The position numbers were made by a program, and so were the translations under genes. Below, one piece after another: positions 12,090 to 27,056 of a DNA stretch of 64,000 bases (the first letter of the stretch is position 1; the number at the start of each line of letters is the position of its first letter). The notes beneath the pieces are model-generated. The model had not been told where the DNA came from. It searched no databases and saw nothing but the letters and a program-made list of their open reading frames with translations. The stretch is from Ptychomitrium polyphyllum (lineage: Eukaryota), in the NCBI GenBank assembly GCA_973851085.1, contig OZ316775.1, positions 16,430,001 through 16,494,000 on the forward strand. The letters run 5' to 3'.

Positions 12090-15000
12090 GTTTCCAACCA
12101 CCGCCTACTTTCCCACAAGCTCAAACACCAATAGGCGTCAGCCTGAGCAAGACCGACTCTCATAGGAAAACTCCACTCAAATCGCGAATTTCTCGCTGTC
12201 TAGACTTCTACTAATTACCAACTCAGCAAAACCGCACCAAAGACACAGTAACAAAAACTCTTCAGTAACTCGAGCAGAAAAGCAAACTCAGACACTGAAA
12301 GTCTCCTAGAAACAGAACCAGTTCCTGTTCCAAGATTGAAACTCGACGAAACGAAGGTAGAAACTCAGCTGAACATGTAACCCACTAGATTCTTAAGCTC
12401 TAGCTGCAACGCTAGCTCTTAAAGCTAGATCGATCGATCAACTCACCGACTGGGACTCTCCAGTTTAAATTGGAATGTGGCAGTACTACAGTAAACCATC
12501 CTTGACGTTCATTTCGCATCATGTAGAGATGGGTGGTTCATGTGCACGGTGGAAGGTGCTCGTGGAACTCTGTGACAACCGAAAGAAACTAAGAGTTGCC
12601 AATGAGCTGATGCGTTGGCTGCTTGTCAAAGCTCTGCTCTTGGGAGTCCCTTGCAGACTTCCCCTGTGACGTTGTGCCACCTTCGCCATCTAGATGAGAA
12701 ATAATGACGTGAATGAATGTGTTCTTGCGGGACCTTTCAGCTCTGATGAAGAAGATGCACTTGTAACTGGAGAAGACTCAAGAGCTTTTGACTGCACGAC
12801 CTTGAGAGACATCTGGAGGAATTTGATAGAGTGGACTTAGTTCCTGCTCTACAAAGTAAGGCAGGGGGTGCAGTTGTAGGAAGACAAGACCTATAGATGA
12901 TAGGCTGTGATTCGTTACTGTTCTGTGAGATGAATGACTGTGTTCTTGAAGGTGTGCTTTGAGAAGGAGATGCACGCTTGACTGTATGAGAAGGGACAAC
13001 AGTGATGAGATTTTGAGTGTACAGGATGCTTTATAGAGAGACCTTTTTGAACAGAGCCTTCAGATGTTTGTTATGTGGTCCTTGTTGTACAATTTTCATT
13101 AAAGGAGAGGCATGAAGAGGGTAGTAGAAAGGTATGAAGGTTTTGTAAGGTTTTGTACCATGATGAGGACATGTAATTTTACTTTGATGAGGATATGCAA
13201 TTTCGATTTAAGGAGAATAACAAAAATTTAAAGAGTTTCTAATCAAAGAAGTAGTATGAGTAAGAGTATTAGATACTCAATATAAAGCATATGATTTAAT
13301 GTATATAAATAGATCTTTTAAAAGACTTATCAAAGAGTATGTGTTATAATGTAATGATTCATCTTCAACAATATTAAATTGAAAAGGAAAGGCATTGATA
13401 AGCCTAAACTATAGTGTAGAAAGATTTATCAAAAATATATATAAATTTTCTACTATGGAAGCAAGAATGAATTCTATGGTCTATTTTGTGATGCTATGCA
13501 TTTCCAAGTTCCTTATACTAGAAGAAAGTTCATTGATTACAATCAAAAGATTAATGAATTAATATACTTTCACTTCAAATATTGTGATATCCTCAAGCAT
13601 TTAAACTCAAGCGTTTTTGTCATGATATCTTCAAATGTTATGTAATTGGAAAATTTGGAATTATTTTATTTTAACATTTCTTAGAAAATTCCTTTAATCA
13701 AGGTATTAATTTGTGTTGAAAAAACATTGATAAAACGTCTAATAATATTGCCTCTAAATATTTTACATACACTTAAGCATAACAAGCATCATATCTAAGT
13801 CTTTAAATATTAAAGCAATCAAATTAATCTTCATGCACATGTACAATAATTGACCTTTTATATATTTCAACAATTTAATTTTTTGAGAATTCTTATGTTA
13901 ATGGAGTGGTACATTAGAGAGATGTTCAAAATATCTGTGCATCTTCACTAATGGAAATACCAAGTTATGATTTACGATTTATTATTTTAAAAAAAATAAT
14001 TTGTATTTCATAATCTAAAATTAGACACCTAGAGACTAAAAAACATAATGAATGATGTAAATATTCTAAAATAATGACATGGCAATGTTCATTCTATTTT
14101 GATTTCATAATATTATGCATAGATGGATTATGAGTTAAACCAATAGGAGGGAAAATATAAGTCTTTAAGTACAAAATAATGCATGAGCTTCAATATCTTT
14201 ACCATACTTCTTAATTTAGGCAAATTTTAACACTTGTAGCTTTTTGTTTCAACATATAAAATAGAAGAATTGAATTTTGCACCTCCTATTACAAATTATA
14301 TTGACCACACTAAATCAATAATTAAAGAATTAAAGGCAAGTGATAAGTCATAGAAGCATGAGGTATATAATGTATTATTTGAATTTTTTTGTGGAAAATG
14401 TCATAATTTAGCAATTATAAACTGTAAGTGTAGAAAAAAAGAATGGTGAAAAAGTGATTGTAGCCACATGGATGGAAAGTGACCTACAATAAAAATGTTT
14501 GAATGGAATATATTTTTCGTTTATAACAACATGCACTTAAGTTTATTAAAAAGAAAGGAATGATGCCCTCCTACAATTCTCATGGTTTGAAATTACAAGA
14601 AGGTGTCATTTGAAAAAACATCATTCTTGTGCCATTTTTCCTCACTTTATTTTACAAGTGATTGACCAAGTTTAAAGAAGGACACATACTTGCATTGAAC
14701 ACTTGTTCAAGATCTTTGAATTAAATTAAGTATATTTAACCAAGATTTCTAAAGAAAAATGATACTTCTTCATCACTTCTGATCTATGTGTTATGTACAT
14801 AAGTTTGTGTATTGAAAAATTTATGTAAGATTTCTTCTTTGCACTAAAAATATATAAACATTAATCATTTTATAGTGTTATAATCCTTCTACTTGAATCA
14901 TTATATTGTACTATAACCATATATTGAGAAAAAATATGTTGTCTTAAGTTGTATTTTAGATTTATTGGACAACTATGCTACAACCTTCTATTACTTCTAC

Positions 15001-18000
15001 AGTTTGTTACACAAATAAGTAAGATGATTTATTTTGAAATTCTCAAAAACAAATTCCATGGTAGAATTCTTTTGCTCCAAGAGGAGTCAAGTTTGTTAAT
15101 CTTGTTGCATAAGGTGCACAACAATAACACCTTTCACCACCATTATAGATCTAATTTTTTAATATTAAAAATGCCTCTTATTTGAAGAAGATGCATCAAT
15201 TTTTGTGTTGATGGTTTGAATTAAGATTTGAAAATAGCTTAGATCACAAAAAAGTTACATGTGAACTAATAATATATTTGGACCTGCTTCCATTGCTGGA
15301 TTAAAAAAATCTACACTCCACTACTACATTTAAATTCTAATACACAAGTAATCAAGCGTATTCTTTGAGGTGGTCAGGAACCTGAACTTTGCATAGGGCC
15401 AAAAATTCAAAAAGAATGAGGTACTCTGGCAAACTTTTTGGGAGGGTACCGAGACCATACTCGTAGTCACATCCTGGTGTCAACAGAGGGCCCTTCCAAT
15501 TGCAATACACCGCTGTAAGAACTGGTGGTTGTACAGCATGTATTTGGCCTAATTTTGGGATGTTTGAAAGGTTCATGCATGCATCAGCAAAAAGCTATTT
15601 CTAGATTCCATGACCAGCTGGTTGCTCATACCTGGCACATGTCTTCCTTGAACATAGCTCAATACTGAAAATCCAATGCAAACAATTTGCAAACCTTTGA
15701 CCTAAACCCATGCTTTCAATTTGAAAGCATTTTAAATCCATGTCAATGTAATTATATTTTGATATTAGGAATTTTCATATAATTCTTTTGTCAATGTGAC
15801 CTCAAACTAATGTAGGCATGGACACACATTCAATTTGGCATCACATGGCATGACAAAATAACAAAAAAAGATTTTCTCATGGCAGCATGGTTTACTTCAA
15901 ATGGTGAGCAGATGCCACACTACCAAGCACATGAATGGGAAGAGCTATCTACAAAAGCAGCCCAAATAGTGACCATTCACCCAATCCATTACACACTTAC
16001 ATTTACCCAATCTGCTCTATCCTAAAAGCAGATAGAACTACCCTAACTTCTGTAGGTATGCCTATGATGTACATAATTTGTAATACAACAGTACTTACAT
16101 AGCTACATAGTTTCACACATATCCAGGACATTGCGTGGTCTTTCAAATCAAGAAGTAAACAATATGCAATCATTTATTTCAAAGCTTATATAATTCACTT
16201 GAAGGTATTACAAAAGTTGGGATGAACCAGGTTGAAAAGACATGATATTGACCAGATTGAAAGAAAGGATAATGCAAAGATATTAACCTGAAGCACCTTA
16301 TCAACCAGTATGTAAGAAATCCATTTTTTCACTTTCATGACAAGAAAAAACTCACAATTGGCAGAGATAAAAAAAAATATGAATTGAAAGTAGGCTAATT
16401 ATGTTCTAAGATTTCATTTTTCAACATAAAAGAGGAAGGCCTGGTGATTCTTGCCTATAGATATTTCTCACCTAGAATTTTTGTGTGGGTTGCTTGTTTA
16501 GATATACACATTATATGATTTTTTTTTGCAAAAATTTCTAATGTATATGTGATTTTGAAGTATTTGGCTCTTAATGATACAACAATAAATATCTAAATAC
16601 TAAAGAAAAATATGAAAATTTTATTGTATCATCATGGCATAGTTTTGTGTATGTGGTAAAGCTTACAAGATTTCTGTATGTTTGTTTTGGAAACTTTTTA
16701 GGATTCCAAAATGTATCATATGTAGATACATGAATTTATAAGACCACATTTTCTTTGAAAAATCATAAAAATAATGTTTTTGATACAAAATGCAACAATA
16801 TATTATTGAATTTTCATCCCCTTTTTTTTTTCGCATTAGTCATGAACACACGATAAATTGATTTTTCCATATTCATTGAGTAAAAAACACAAAAGAACAT
16901 ATATTAGAATCCTTAAGCTTCTTGGTCCTTCAATGATCAATAAACTTATTTTAGAGCATTTTACAATGTGTTAGACAATTGAACTTTATTCATGAGTCAA
17001 TTCATGTATGTGGCAAGTCATATGATAATATTATGGGTATTATTTACAAAACTATATTGCCACTTATAGAAGGTGTTTTAGCAAAATATGACTTTCAATG
17101 TTTATGTGTATAGAATAATGTAATGATTTTTATGATATTATCATTAAAAAAAAGCATACAATAATGTTAATGGAAAGAATTAATTCTTTGCATCCCTTTT
17201 TAAATGGTATAAATACAAGTTTAACCTAAATTGGTACTAGTCCTTTTAAACAAATCAAAGTATTATTAATTATTTTTGTGTAATATTTGTATACTTTAGA
17301 TATTATTTTCTATTGGGAATGAAAAAATTTCAAAACTATTGTAAAATTTGAATGAAAAGATTGGAACTTAAATTGTTGTTTATTTTTGGGAATACAAACT
17401 AAAATAATATCCATTGTATCACTTTTGGAATCTTTGACAAAATTGAACTAGAATGGACAAGTAATTTATAATTTTTACTTCTTTGGTTATTTGCAACATG
17501 AAACCAGTAAAGTTTTCTAAAAAAAAATATTTCAAATTCCAAAAAGCATTTAAGAATAAGGAATCCACAATGCCAAAACTCTTCAACGACCACAATTGGC
17601 CTGGGCTACCCATACCAAAGATCCCCAGAGAAAAACCTCTCCACTTACCCTCCGTTTCAGAAAGTAATGCAAAAGGCACACTGCAATGCCGGAAGGGACA
17701 GGACTCGGGACCACCAGCACAGCGCAGTCTCCCACACACGCCACGCCACGCCACGCTACGCCCAACTGAACAGCCCACACCCATCGGGAAGGTAGCAAAC
17801 TACCGACAGGGAGGTAGGAAGCCCACAGCTAGGTAGGAAACCTGGGAACGCTGCCCAGCCAGGCAGAGGGAGGGACGCCGTTCTGACCGGCACACAAGTT
17901 TCCGCGGGTTTCGTCGCTTCGTAGTGGACTTCTTCGTCGGATGTTCGTCAACGCGCTTCTCACACCTTGAAAATCCCCCCCAAAGCACAGATGAGATCAA

Positions 18001-19088
18001 CGACGGGGATCGAACGAACAGCTCAATCTCGCACAGGCTCGTCCAAAGCCTCCACTTCTACAGCCACTTCTGCCTTGAAGCCTGTAGCTTTACAATATTT
18101 TTCTGCTAAAAAACTTCTAGTTTTATAATACTTTTCTTCCTTTCTGAGGGCCTTTAGGATCCTTGGCCAAGTCCTCAGACTACAAGATCACCTTCGTCGT
18201 CCATAGCACTGCAACGCTCCCCTTTAAATCTCTCATCTTCGCTCAGGCTCTCAAATGTTGATGAAAGTTGGAACTTTTGGGTTAGATATCAACTTTGGGT
18301 TAAGTTGCTGGAGGCTGCTAGACTGTGTTTATGTTTGTCACGTGGGGTGTTGTTCACATATTCTCAAAGGTTTGAGTGTGGACATTGTTGTGGGTGAGGA
18401 TTTGTGCGAGTGAGTGAGAGAGTGAGTGGTTGGTTTGTTGTTTTGAGGGGGTGAGTGAGGTGAGTGGGTGATGTAACAGTGGCATGAGAACTGAGTTGGG
18501 CGGAAAGTGGGTTAAATCGAACAGGATAACGGGGCGGTGGAATTTCGAATGTGCGGGCGTTTTGATGGTGGAGTGTGGGTCTGGGAGGTGCAGGTGGAGT
18601 GCTATTTTGGGTTCTTGAAAGCTCGTTTCTGTTGCAGATCGTTGCGTTCAGTACTCCAGGCATTGTCATGGCTCGGTGTTGGCTTGTGTGACGGTAGTGT
18701 AGTTCATAGCTTGTGTGGTATGCACGCTAGCCGCGGTTTAGGTTACACGGGGGCAGGAAGCTTGTCACGCAGTGGTAGAGGATAGATGCAGCGGATTGTG
18801 GCATGATCATCACCACCACGAGCACACAGTGGTGCATGATACAGAAATAGGTTTCGCAGGGGTGTGAGCATATTCTGGAGTGTGGCGATTTGTAATGATC
18901 AAGATCCCTTCGTGTTTTCAATCCTCAAATTTGGGTGTTTTTGTTCTTTTTTTTTTTTTTTTTTTGGTACAAACCCTGGGAAGTTCGCATTTAAGTTTAG
19001 GGGAAAGCTTTAGGATCGAAATATTCCAACTAGTGGTTAGAATCCAGAGCTTTTGGGATTTGTGAAAGGCTAAGACAGGGGCTACAGA

Positions 19089-21136
19089 ATGGCTGGGATG
19101 TCAAGAGAGGATGAGAATGGGCACCGTGACCTGGAGGCCACGAGTAGTGAGATTGACCAGTTGATGAGATCTCTGGGCGCGGATGTCAACATTTCAAATC
19201 CTCGAGACGATGGGAGCCACTCTACGACGAAGCCGGCAAACACTTCCTCGCTGACGGTGTCGCCTCCGCCTCGTGACAACGCCGCGTTTTTCACCATGGG
19301 CCCCCAGGTGCAACCCAGCCAGATGACCCAGCAAGGGTTCCTCACATCACCTCCTCCGTTTGACATGTCAATCTTCATGCCATCGCCTACCGCGCTTTGG
19401 ATCAATGCGCTCCATGTGGATAACCCAGTCACGCAACCAACGCAACACTCCGTTGATAACCTCAGCAACCCCGACAACCCCAACACCACGAGCAGTTTCA
19501 CAACGAATCCCAATAGCGCGCAATCAACTCCATTCGAGCAGCTCCAATCTCACTCAGATTCCGACCTGCTTGACTCATCACCTGAGTATCCATGGTTCCC
19601 GCAAGATACGAATACTGCAATGTCAAGTTACACAGATCCACTCCTCTTGCTCTTGAACCTCTCCCCTGTGGCTACCAAACCTGGAGATCGTACTCTACCT
19701 TTGGTGAGTGACACGACGTCCATGCCTGGCTTAAACCCTTCCCAATCGTATGTGAAGTCTCCAAGGCGGGGCAGATCTCCTTCTCCTTCACGCTTTGGTG
19801 ACGCTTCTCCACTTACGAGTCCACTTACCAGCACCCCGAACTCGCCTTTCAGCTCGGAGGGCGGTTTTTGCAGCGATGGCGGGGGTGATGATGCCGTTGT
19901 GGGGGCTGCCGCAAGCGCGAGTAGCACGAAGAGGAAGACGCCTGATCGTGCCTTGGACGAGAGTGAAGAGATTCAGTCCCCTGGCAACGAACCTAGCCCT
20001 AAAAAGCAGTAAGCTCTCTTCTCCATTCCATTCTCACGTGAACCTGCTTGCAAACAGTTCTGATTTAGTTTTATGGCTAAGATATTATAATTCGAACGAA
20101 GAGTGATTAAGAATGGTTTGCCTACTTGTTGCAGAACTGTGAAGAAGGATAAGAAAGGGTTGAACAAGAGGGTGAGGGAGCCTAGGTATGCAATTCAGAC
20201 GCGCAGTGATGTGGAAGTTATGGAGGATGGCTACAAGTGGCGCAAGTATGGCCAAAAAGCTGTGAAGAATAGCCCACACCCGAGGTAAACAATAGCACTC
20301 TCCATGGCAGCTTGTCTCCAACATCTGTAGCCAATGTTCCATGGCCAAATAGTTCTTGCCAGTAGCTCTGATGGACGGTTTTTTTCTTGAATGCTCAAGA
20401 TACTAGACATATCTGGCGGATTTTTCGGCCAGTATTCAACTTCTTACGTAAGTATTGATGCAAGTTATGTTGGCGTATATTTGAGCAACGGAAGAATCCC
20501 CATGAACTTTGCAGGAGCTACTACCGTTGCACGAATCAAAAATGCCCAGTGAGGAAGCGCGTGGAGCGAGCGCCGGATGATCCAGGACTAGTGATTACAA
20601 CTTACGAGGGCACACACAACCATCTCAGCCCTGCCACTGCCGCTGCAAATGCCTCGTCAAGGGTCTCTGAAATTTCCTCGAGTGTGCCTGCATCTGAGGA
20701 CCAGCGCTCATCTGCTGCAAATTTCCCTTTCCAACCCATCCCCGAGCGCAGCCAGTTTGACCTAACTATGCAGCTTCAAGGGCAGAAGGACATCGAAGCT
20801 GGGCTGGACTCCGGAACGGCTCCAACTTCAAGGGGCTTGTCACAATCGCCTCCGAGGGGGCTGCATATTCCTGACAGTTTGTCCAGAGATCAACCAAGAG
20901 TGAGCGTAGGAGGAGCTTTGCACGGTGATTTGCAGCTTGGAAATGGCCAGCTTTCTGAACTTTTGTTGAAGGAGTTGCAAGGTCCAATGGCAGGGTCTGT
21001 GGGATTTATTCGGCCTGATCCCCATCTTGGAAGAGCGCAGGAGATTCAGTCCATTTTAGGGCAGGATCTGAGCCTCCCAAATGGCACCACTTACTTGGAC
21101 TCGTTGGATGAAATCTTTCGGCAAGGCCATCTGTAA
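19089..21136 (+). CDS. WRKY transcription factor, single domain, group IIc-like; exons 19089-20008, 20135-20284, 20515-21136
   Basis: [58 protein letters not shown]...[10 protein letters not shown] (C-X4-C-X23-H-X-H), with the conserved phase-2 intron in the PR codon. Confidence 0.95.
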
Positions 21137-24100
21137 CTCATCTACACCATTGCAACCTCTTGTTTTTCTCGCATCGGCTGTCCTTTTGGAGTTTTATTTT
21201 TTGTCATCCGCCTCTTCGCGATTTAACTGGGTTCAATATTGTGCAAAGAGTAGAAGACCCAGAGTAGTTGCTGCAAGAGGGGACATCCACATTCATGGAG
21301 GACATAATGTAGAAATTGATACCACGTATTGACCAGGCACAAAGTTATTAAAATTCTTGCTGTACTGGACATCACAGTGGACAGATCCCTCCCTATCACT
21401 TAGAAGATTCTCAGGCACTGTCCAGATATTGTTCGGATGGTTTTCAGGATGGGTTTTTACTTTCTCAGATGGGGAAGGAGAGCTTTCCTCTCCGACCCAT
21501 GTATATCTTGGAACCAAGAGGATGTGAGTTCTAGGATGAGTCACATGGCTGTAGGGTTTAGTCACTGTATCAAAGCATTCAGGAGCTGGTTAGTTTTCAG
21601 GAATTGGTAGATAGGGGTTTTGATCAGAACTCTTCAGCTCTATCGTTGTCTCGCATTGTATAGTACACATGTATTTCATCAGTTTTGTAAAGAAAATGAC
21701 TCATATCATTTCTCTTTTGGGAGCCTGTTATGCCATGTTTGTAGTTTACCCAGTTTTCTCCTTGTGATCTGTGTGAGGGTGTGAGCCTTTCGGTATGCTG
21801 AAGATACTTCTTCTTCCAAGGGTTTGTTTTTCTCAAGGAGTATCTGCTTGTGACGCTCCTTGTGGGCTGGTTTCTGAAGTTAGTGTGACTGTACTGGCCT
21901 TTCAATCACTGACAACCCGGTTCTTCTTGACATCTTTTGTGCTAATTTATGCTCGCCGAGGGATAAACATACGGTGTTTATGGATACTGTAGTATAGAAA
22001 CATCAATCTCACATGTGACTAGAAATTGAATTGGTTCATCTAGACAACTTGAAGTGAAAACGATTCCCTTGCTGTATGACGGTGACAATTCATCTGCTAT
22101 GCGACCGTAGCTGGTGATCACTTGCGCCGAAGCTCTACATACTATGAGTTGTAGGGGTATCCTTTGTGAGCAGTTACAGTTTGTAGATCCTAACCGAAGA
22201 TCATTAAGATGAGTCAGTCTAGTAATTTGAGTGCTACGTAAAGAACTGCAGATTCATATCTTCGTGAAGCTGTCTTACTTGGACAATGCGCGGCTGAGAA
22301 CAGTTTGCAGGCCCTTTCGAAATTTAGTTGATGGCAAGTCCTTTCGAAGTGCATTGAAAAAATGAGGCCATTTCCACGAGTCTCAGTCCACTCAAGTTTT
22401 TTCGGCAAGATGGGGGATTTGATTGGATTCAACAACACATTGCAGCGATGGAATCGTCTCCCATCCTTACGAACACTCCTGCCTCCACAGGCATTTACTT
22501 CCAGGCGAGTTGGAACAGTGTTTCTTCGTATCTACAGCAGGTCTGCTATGTGCCGAAGTCTCCATGAGGTTGATTTCTGAAACTATTAATGTGGGCAACC
22601 CTGTAACTCAGCGCACGCAGGTCCTGCCACGATTCTATTTCCGGGGAAAACCTGGAGCATTGCAGATAGTCTTTAACAACAGACAAATTCGTATCAAGGG
22701 ATTGTGGTCGAAAGTCTCAGAAACCGAGCCACGATGGCAACGGGAGTTTACAGTTCCAGAAATGGATAGTGGAAAGTCAAAAACTAACCACCACCAGTCT
22801 TTACAGTACAAGGCCCCTCTTCTTCCTATCTGGTGCAGTTCTCAATGGCATGTTTTTCTGTCTTGCGATTGACGCTAATGGCTAAAAGGTTGTGGCATAC
22901 AATGTCCGAAGCGCGTGTGGCTCAACTCTTGGAGATGCCCAGTTCCCAGGATTGGTTTTCACGACTACCATCACTACGAACCTGGATATTATGTGGCACA
23001 GGATAATACTCATCTCGTTGAATGCCAAAATCGAGTTCTATTTTTCTTTAGGAAAGCTCTTGTACACGAACGAGCTATTACTTTGTTAGTTTGAAGGAGT
23101 TCCAAAGTGGCGGCAATCCAAAACCAGAGTGGTCTGATAAGGATTACCCCGTTTACTACTGCCACGGAGACGTTAGCAATCGGGAGAGTACGACGCACGA
23201 GCGCAGCCTGTGTAGTGGGGCAGATCTAGACAGCTGCATTACTATTGTGATGAACACCGGGACAGGAACTGCCACAAAACACAATGTTGACTCCACGCAG
23301 TTTCAGCCCTTGCCTACTCCGCCTGTTCTTAGACACAATGCTGGACCACACCTCACATCAAATCCTTTAAACTTCTCATTTGAGCTCAGTTTCACTACAG
23401 TAATATGAGGGTGCGCAATTTGGTGTTGCTCACAAACCGCAGTACATTTCCCAGCTATATATCATAGTAGCATTCCTGCCAAAATGGCTAAAATTAGGAA
23501 TATCCTAAACATCTCTAAATTCAGCTCAATCACCTTTCACTCGTGAACAGGAACAGAGGAATTACAAATCCAACTAAGGCATAGAGTTATGAATTTAGTT
23601 GATCATAGGACCAAGCTTTATGTAAGATGAACTTTCAAAGATAAACTAAAGTTTGATTTCTCCATGAACTTAGCCGAGATCCTACTGACCTCCTATTTGT
23701 GTAGCCCCTTTCGTCTGTTTGTTCCACACTTCAGATTCATCCATGCCATGCCAAGGTTTCTTCTTCTCAGGGTGTAAATGATTGATGATCTAGTTGTGCT
23801 ACTTACATTTTAATGTATGAATATTGTACACAATGAATAAATGCATTGGAGAAATTTTGCTATTTCCATTAAGTTTTTTAGCCCAATTTTGTTCTTCCTT
23901 CAAGATGCAAAACTTGAATGATTGGATTTAATAACACATTGTAGTAACAAAATTATCTTTCATCTCTACAAAGTACTAGAAGTATGAGATATCTTAGATA
24001 ATGTAAAAAGAAGTGAGTCTTGTCACCATGTAATTTAAAAAAAAACTCATACTTATTAAAAAGGGATTTGCCAAAGTCCATTATACTTGCAAAGGTGTAA

Positions 24101-24282
24101 CACAAGCTAAGGTACAACATACAACATCAAATAAATGAGCCATTTATTTCATCAATGATAAGCTTTGAAATACCTTTTTTTTAAAGACTGAAACCAACTT
24201 AATCAAATTGTCATTTATAGAAGATTTTGTCTCAAAAGATAGCTTTAGTTTAAAATTTGGAAAAAATAGGCAATTGCAACAC

Positions 24283-24390
24283 TTTGTAAACCAAAGTGTA
24301 AGAAATCTCCAAAAGCAATTTGTAAACCAAAGTGTAAGAAATCTCCAAAAGCAATTTGTAAACCAAAGTGTAAGAAATCTCCAAAAGCAA
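24283..24390. repeat. Perfect 3-copy tandem repeat, 36-bp unit
   Basis: TTTGTAAACCAAAGTGTAAGAAATCTCCAAAAGCAA x3 with no spacers. Confidence 0.95.
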
Positions 24391-25483
24391 CCTCCCTTTC
24401 ATACGCTAGACATAGAAAACAAGGCCTAGCTATAAAATCAACTTTTATAAGGCCAATTAAGCTTAGCCAATTTGATTTGATAAACCACTAGGACGGCCAT
24501 GTAAGCTCTCTTATGGCTCATCCATAGTGTGTGCTGTTGTTGTGACAATTGTTTTGGCACATGTGGCAATTGTAGCCACCATCTTTTTTAATGTACAAAA
24601 CATATAAGTAACTGGAATAAAAGTGTTTACTTCAATACTCAAAGTTACATACGACTAAAATCTTGGCTTCTAATGTTTTTTCATTTTCCAAAATAGGTTG
24701 TTATTTTGGATATAAAATGAAGCAATTGTGGTTGAATCTACCATAAAGAATATATTTCAATTGTTTTTATAAAACATTGGCTTTTAATTTGGTCAATTCT
24801 ATCTCTTTTTAAAACTTTTCTATTTGTTGGACTAGCTTCTTTTTGAAACAATTATGATCTTTCTTGGTGTTGCCAATTTTATTATATTTCCAACAACCCA
24901 AAGTCTTCTTAGATTGAAAATTTATCAAGTTATTTCTAGCTATAGCAACCTTTTTTGTCTTTGCAATATCCAACATCCAAAAAACCATATCATAACATCA
25001 TGCTAGTAAAGAATCTTAGCATACTTATGAACTTTGCTTAATTTTTGTACCAACATTGCTTTGCCATTGCAATTAAAAATGATCTTTGGTAAATTCGATC
25101 TAAAAGCTGTTTATCAATCTTAAACAAAAAGATTATAAATAAATTAATTTTGTCAACAAATACACCTCTAACTTTCATTGCAAAATATGTCAATAAAAAA
25201 AAATAAAAAAAAAATAAAAAAAAAATAATAATAATAAAAATATACATATATATTGCGTTATTAAAATGAATGTGTGCTTGTTTTAAAGCACAAGGCTTCT
25301 CTTCATGATAGGCCAAAGCTTTTGTTGTTTTTAATTTATCCAAATATCTAATTTGACCTATTAGATCCCTTCTATTTCAACACTTTACAATTTCTATGTT
25401 TTAAAGCATTAAACCTTCAAATTTTGTATTCTATGATAAAAATTCATTAAAAACATGAGCGCTATATTTTAAATACAAAAGAA

Positions 25484-27056
25484 GATGCCTTATTTCGAAG
25501 ATCTTATTTAGCTCCTCAATCTGGAGATGATGTTTTGAATCAACAAAGGACTATTTTATTGAAACCAAAGAATCTTCAATTGAAAGCAACAATTATAAGG
25601 ACAACATCCCATCTTGACAAAATTTGGAAGGCTTTGAAGAATGACGTCTTTGTTTCAAATATAAAGAAGCGCCTCAAAGACAATGGAGGTCCTTCAAATA
25701 GCGATGAAGACTTTGAATTTCAAGAGGGCCTACTTTATTATAAAGGACTTTTGTATCTACCTCTAGGCCCTTTACGGTTGAAGATCCTTCAAGCACGTCA
25801 TGATTTTCCAGCAGCAGGACATTTTGGATTCAATAAAACAATGGAATTGATTGCAAGAGACTATTGGTGGCCACAAATGTGGAAGTACGTGAAGGACTTT
25901 ATTTGATCATGTGACACTTGTGCAAGAGCCAAGGTACCAAGGCACCAACCTCATGGTCTCCTCCATCCGCTTCCAGTGCCAAAGGGCCCATGGTTGTCTT
26001 TATCAATGGATTTTATCACGGACCTTCCAAACTCCAATTCCAAGGATTCTATTTTGGTAGTGGTGGATTGATTTACCAAAATGGCACATTTCATTCCATG
26101 CAATAAGACGGTAACCCGAGAAGAAACTGCCAAGATGTTCCTAAATCACGTCTACCGCATACATGGACTACCAGATGATATTGTATTCGATCGGGGGCCG
26201 CAATTCATTTCCAATTTTTGGAGGGCTCTATTCCAGTTGTTGCGTGTAAAGATCAATCTTTCTTCAGCACACCATCCGCAAACTGATGGCCAAACCGAAC
26301 ATGTGAATCAAATTTTGGAGCAGTACCTTCATTGTAGCATAAACTATCAGCAAGACAACTGGATGGACCTCTTGCCTTTGATAGAATTTGCTTACAACAA
26401 TATGGTGCATTCTTCAACAACTCAAAGTCCATTCTTTGCAAACTATGAGCATCATCCTCGAACAGATCCATTTCAAGTGAAGCATATTGGAAGTCCTGCA
26501 GCAGAGGATTTTGCAATTCAACTTGCTAAAATCCATCAAGAAATTACCTTCCAGTTATAACAAGCTCAAGATCGTTACAAAACTTATGTAGATTGCCATC
26601 GAAAGGACCATCCAAAGTTCAAGGTTGGAGATAACGCATGGCTCCTATGACGAAATATACAGACAAAAAGACCATCAAAGAAGTTAGACTATCAAAGGCT
26701 GGGACCGTTTGAAATCAACAAACAAATAAATCCGGTTAGTTATCGCCTAAAGCTACCACCAAGCATGCAAATTCATCCAGTATTCCACGTATCGTTGTTG
26801 GAAACCTATAACAAATCATATATACCAGAGAGAATTGTCCCTCCACCTCCTCCGTTGGAAATCAATAATGAAATCTGAATATGAAGTGGAAGAGATCTCA
26901 GATTCACGCATCAAGAATGGACGTATGGAGTACCTTATATATTGGCAAGGATATGGCATCAATGACCGAATATGAAAACCTTCAACGAATGTAATAAATG
27001 CATCCGAGAAGGTACGCAAATTTCATCAAAGATATCCTCAAAAACTAGGTCAGTGA
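25484..27056 (+). pseudogene. Disrupted pol fragment (integrase plus chromodomain)
   Basis: Several in-frame stops, mostly TGA or TAA where CGA, CAA or TGG is expected, and frameshifts; the frame ends ...FHQRYPQKLGQ* at 27056. Confidence 0.9.

Noticed and set aside
14980..15170. Possible hAT dimerisation-domain remnant on the minus strand
   Set aside because: It needs frameshifts and stops to read and the motif match is too weak to support
18600..18900. Possible miRNA hairpin upstream of WRKY
   Set aside because: No extended stem found by eye and no match to the conserved moss miRNAs I can recall
22157..22200. U12-type donor GTATCCTTT with nearby TCCTAAC
   Set aside because: The implied intron is only about 43 nt and no host gene is evident; a 9-mer match is plausible by chance
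24283..24390. 36-bp direct repeats of CRISPR-like length
   Set aside because: The repeats are contiguous with no spacers, there are no cas genes, and the context is eukaryotic; this is a plain minisatellite
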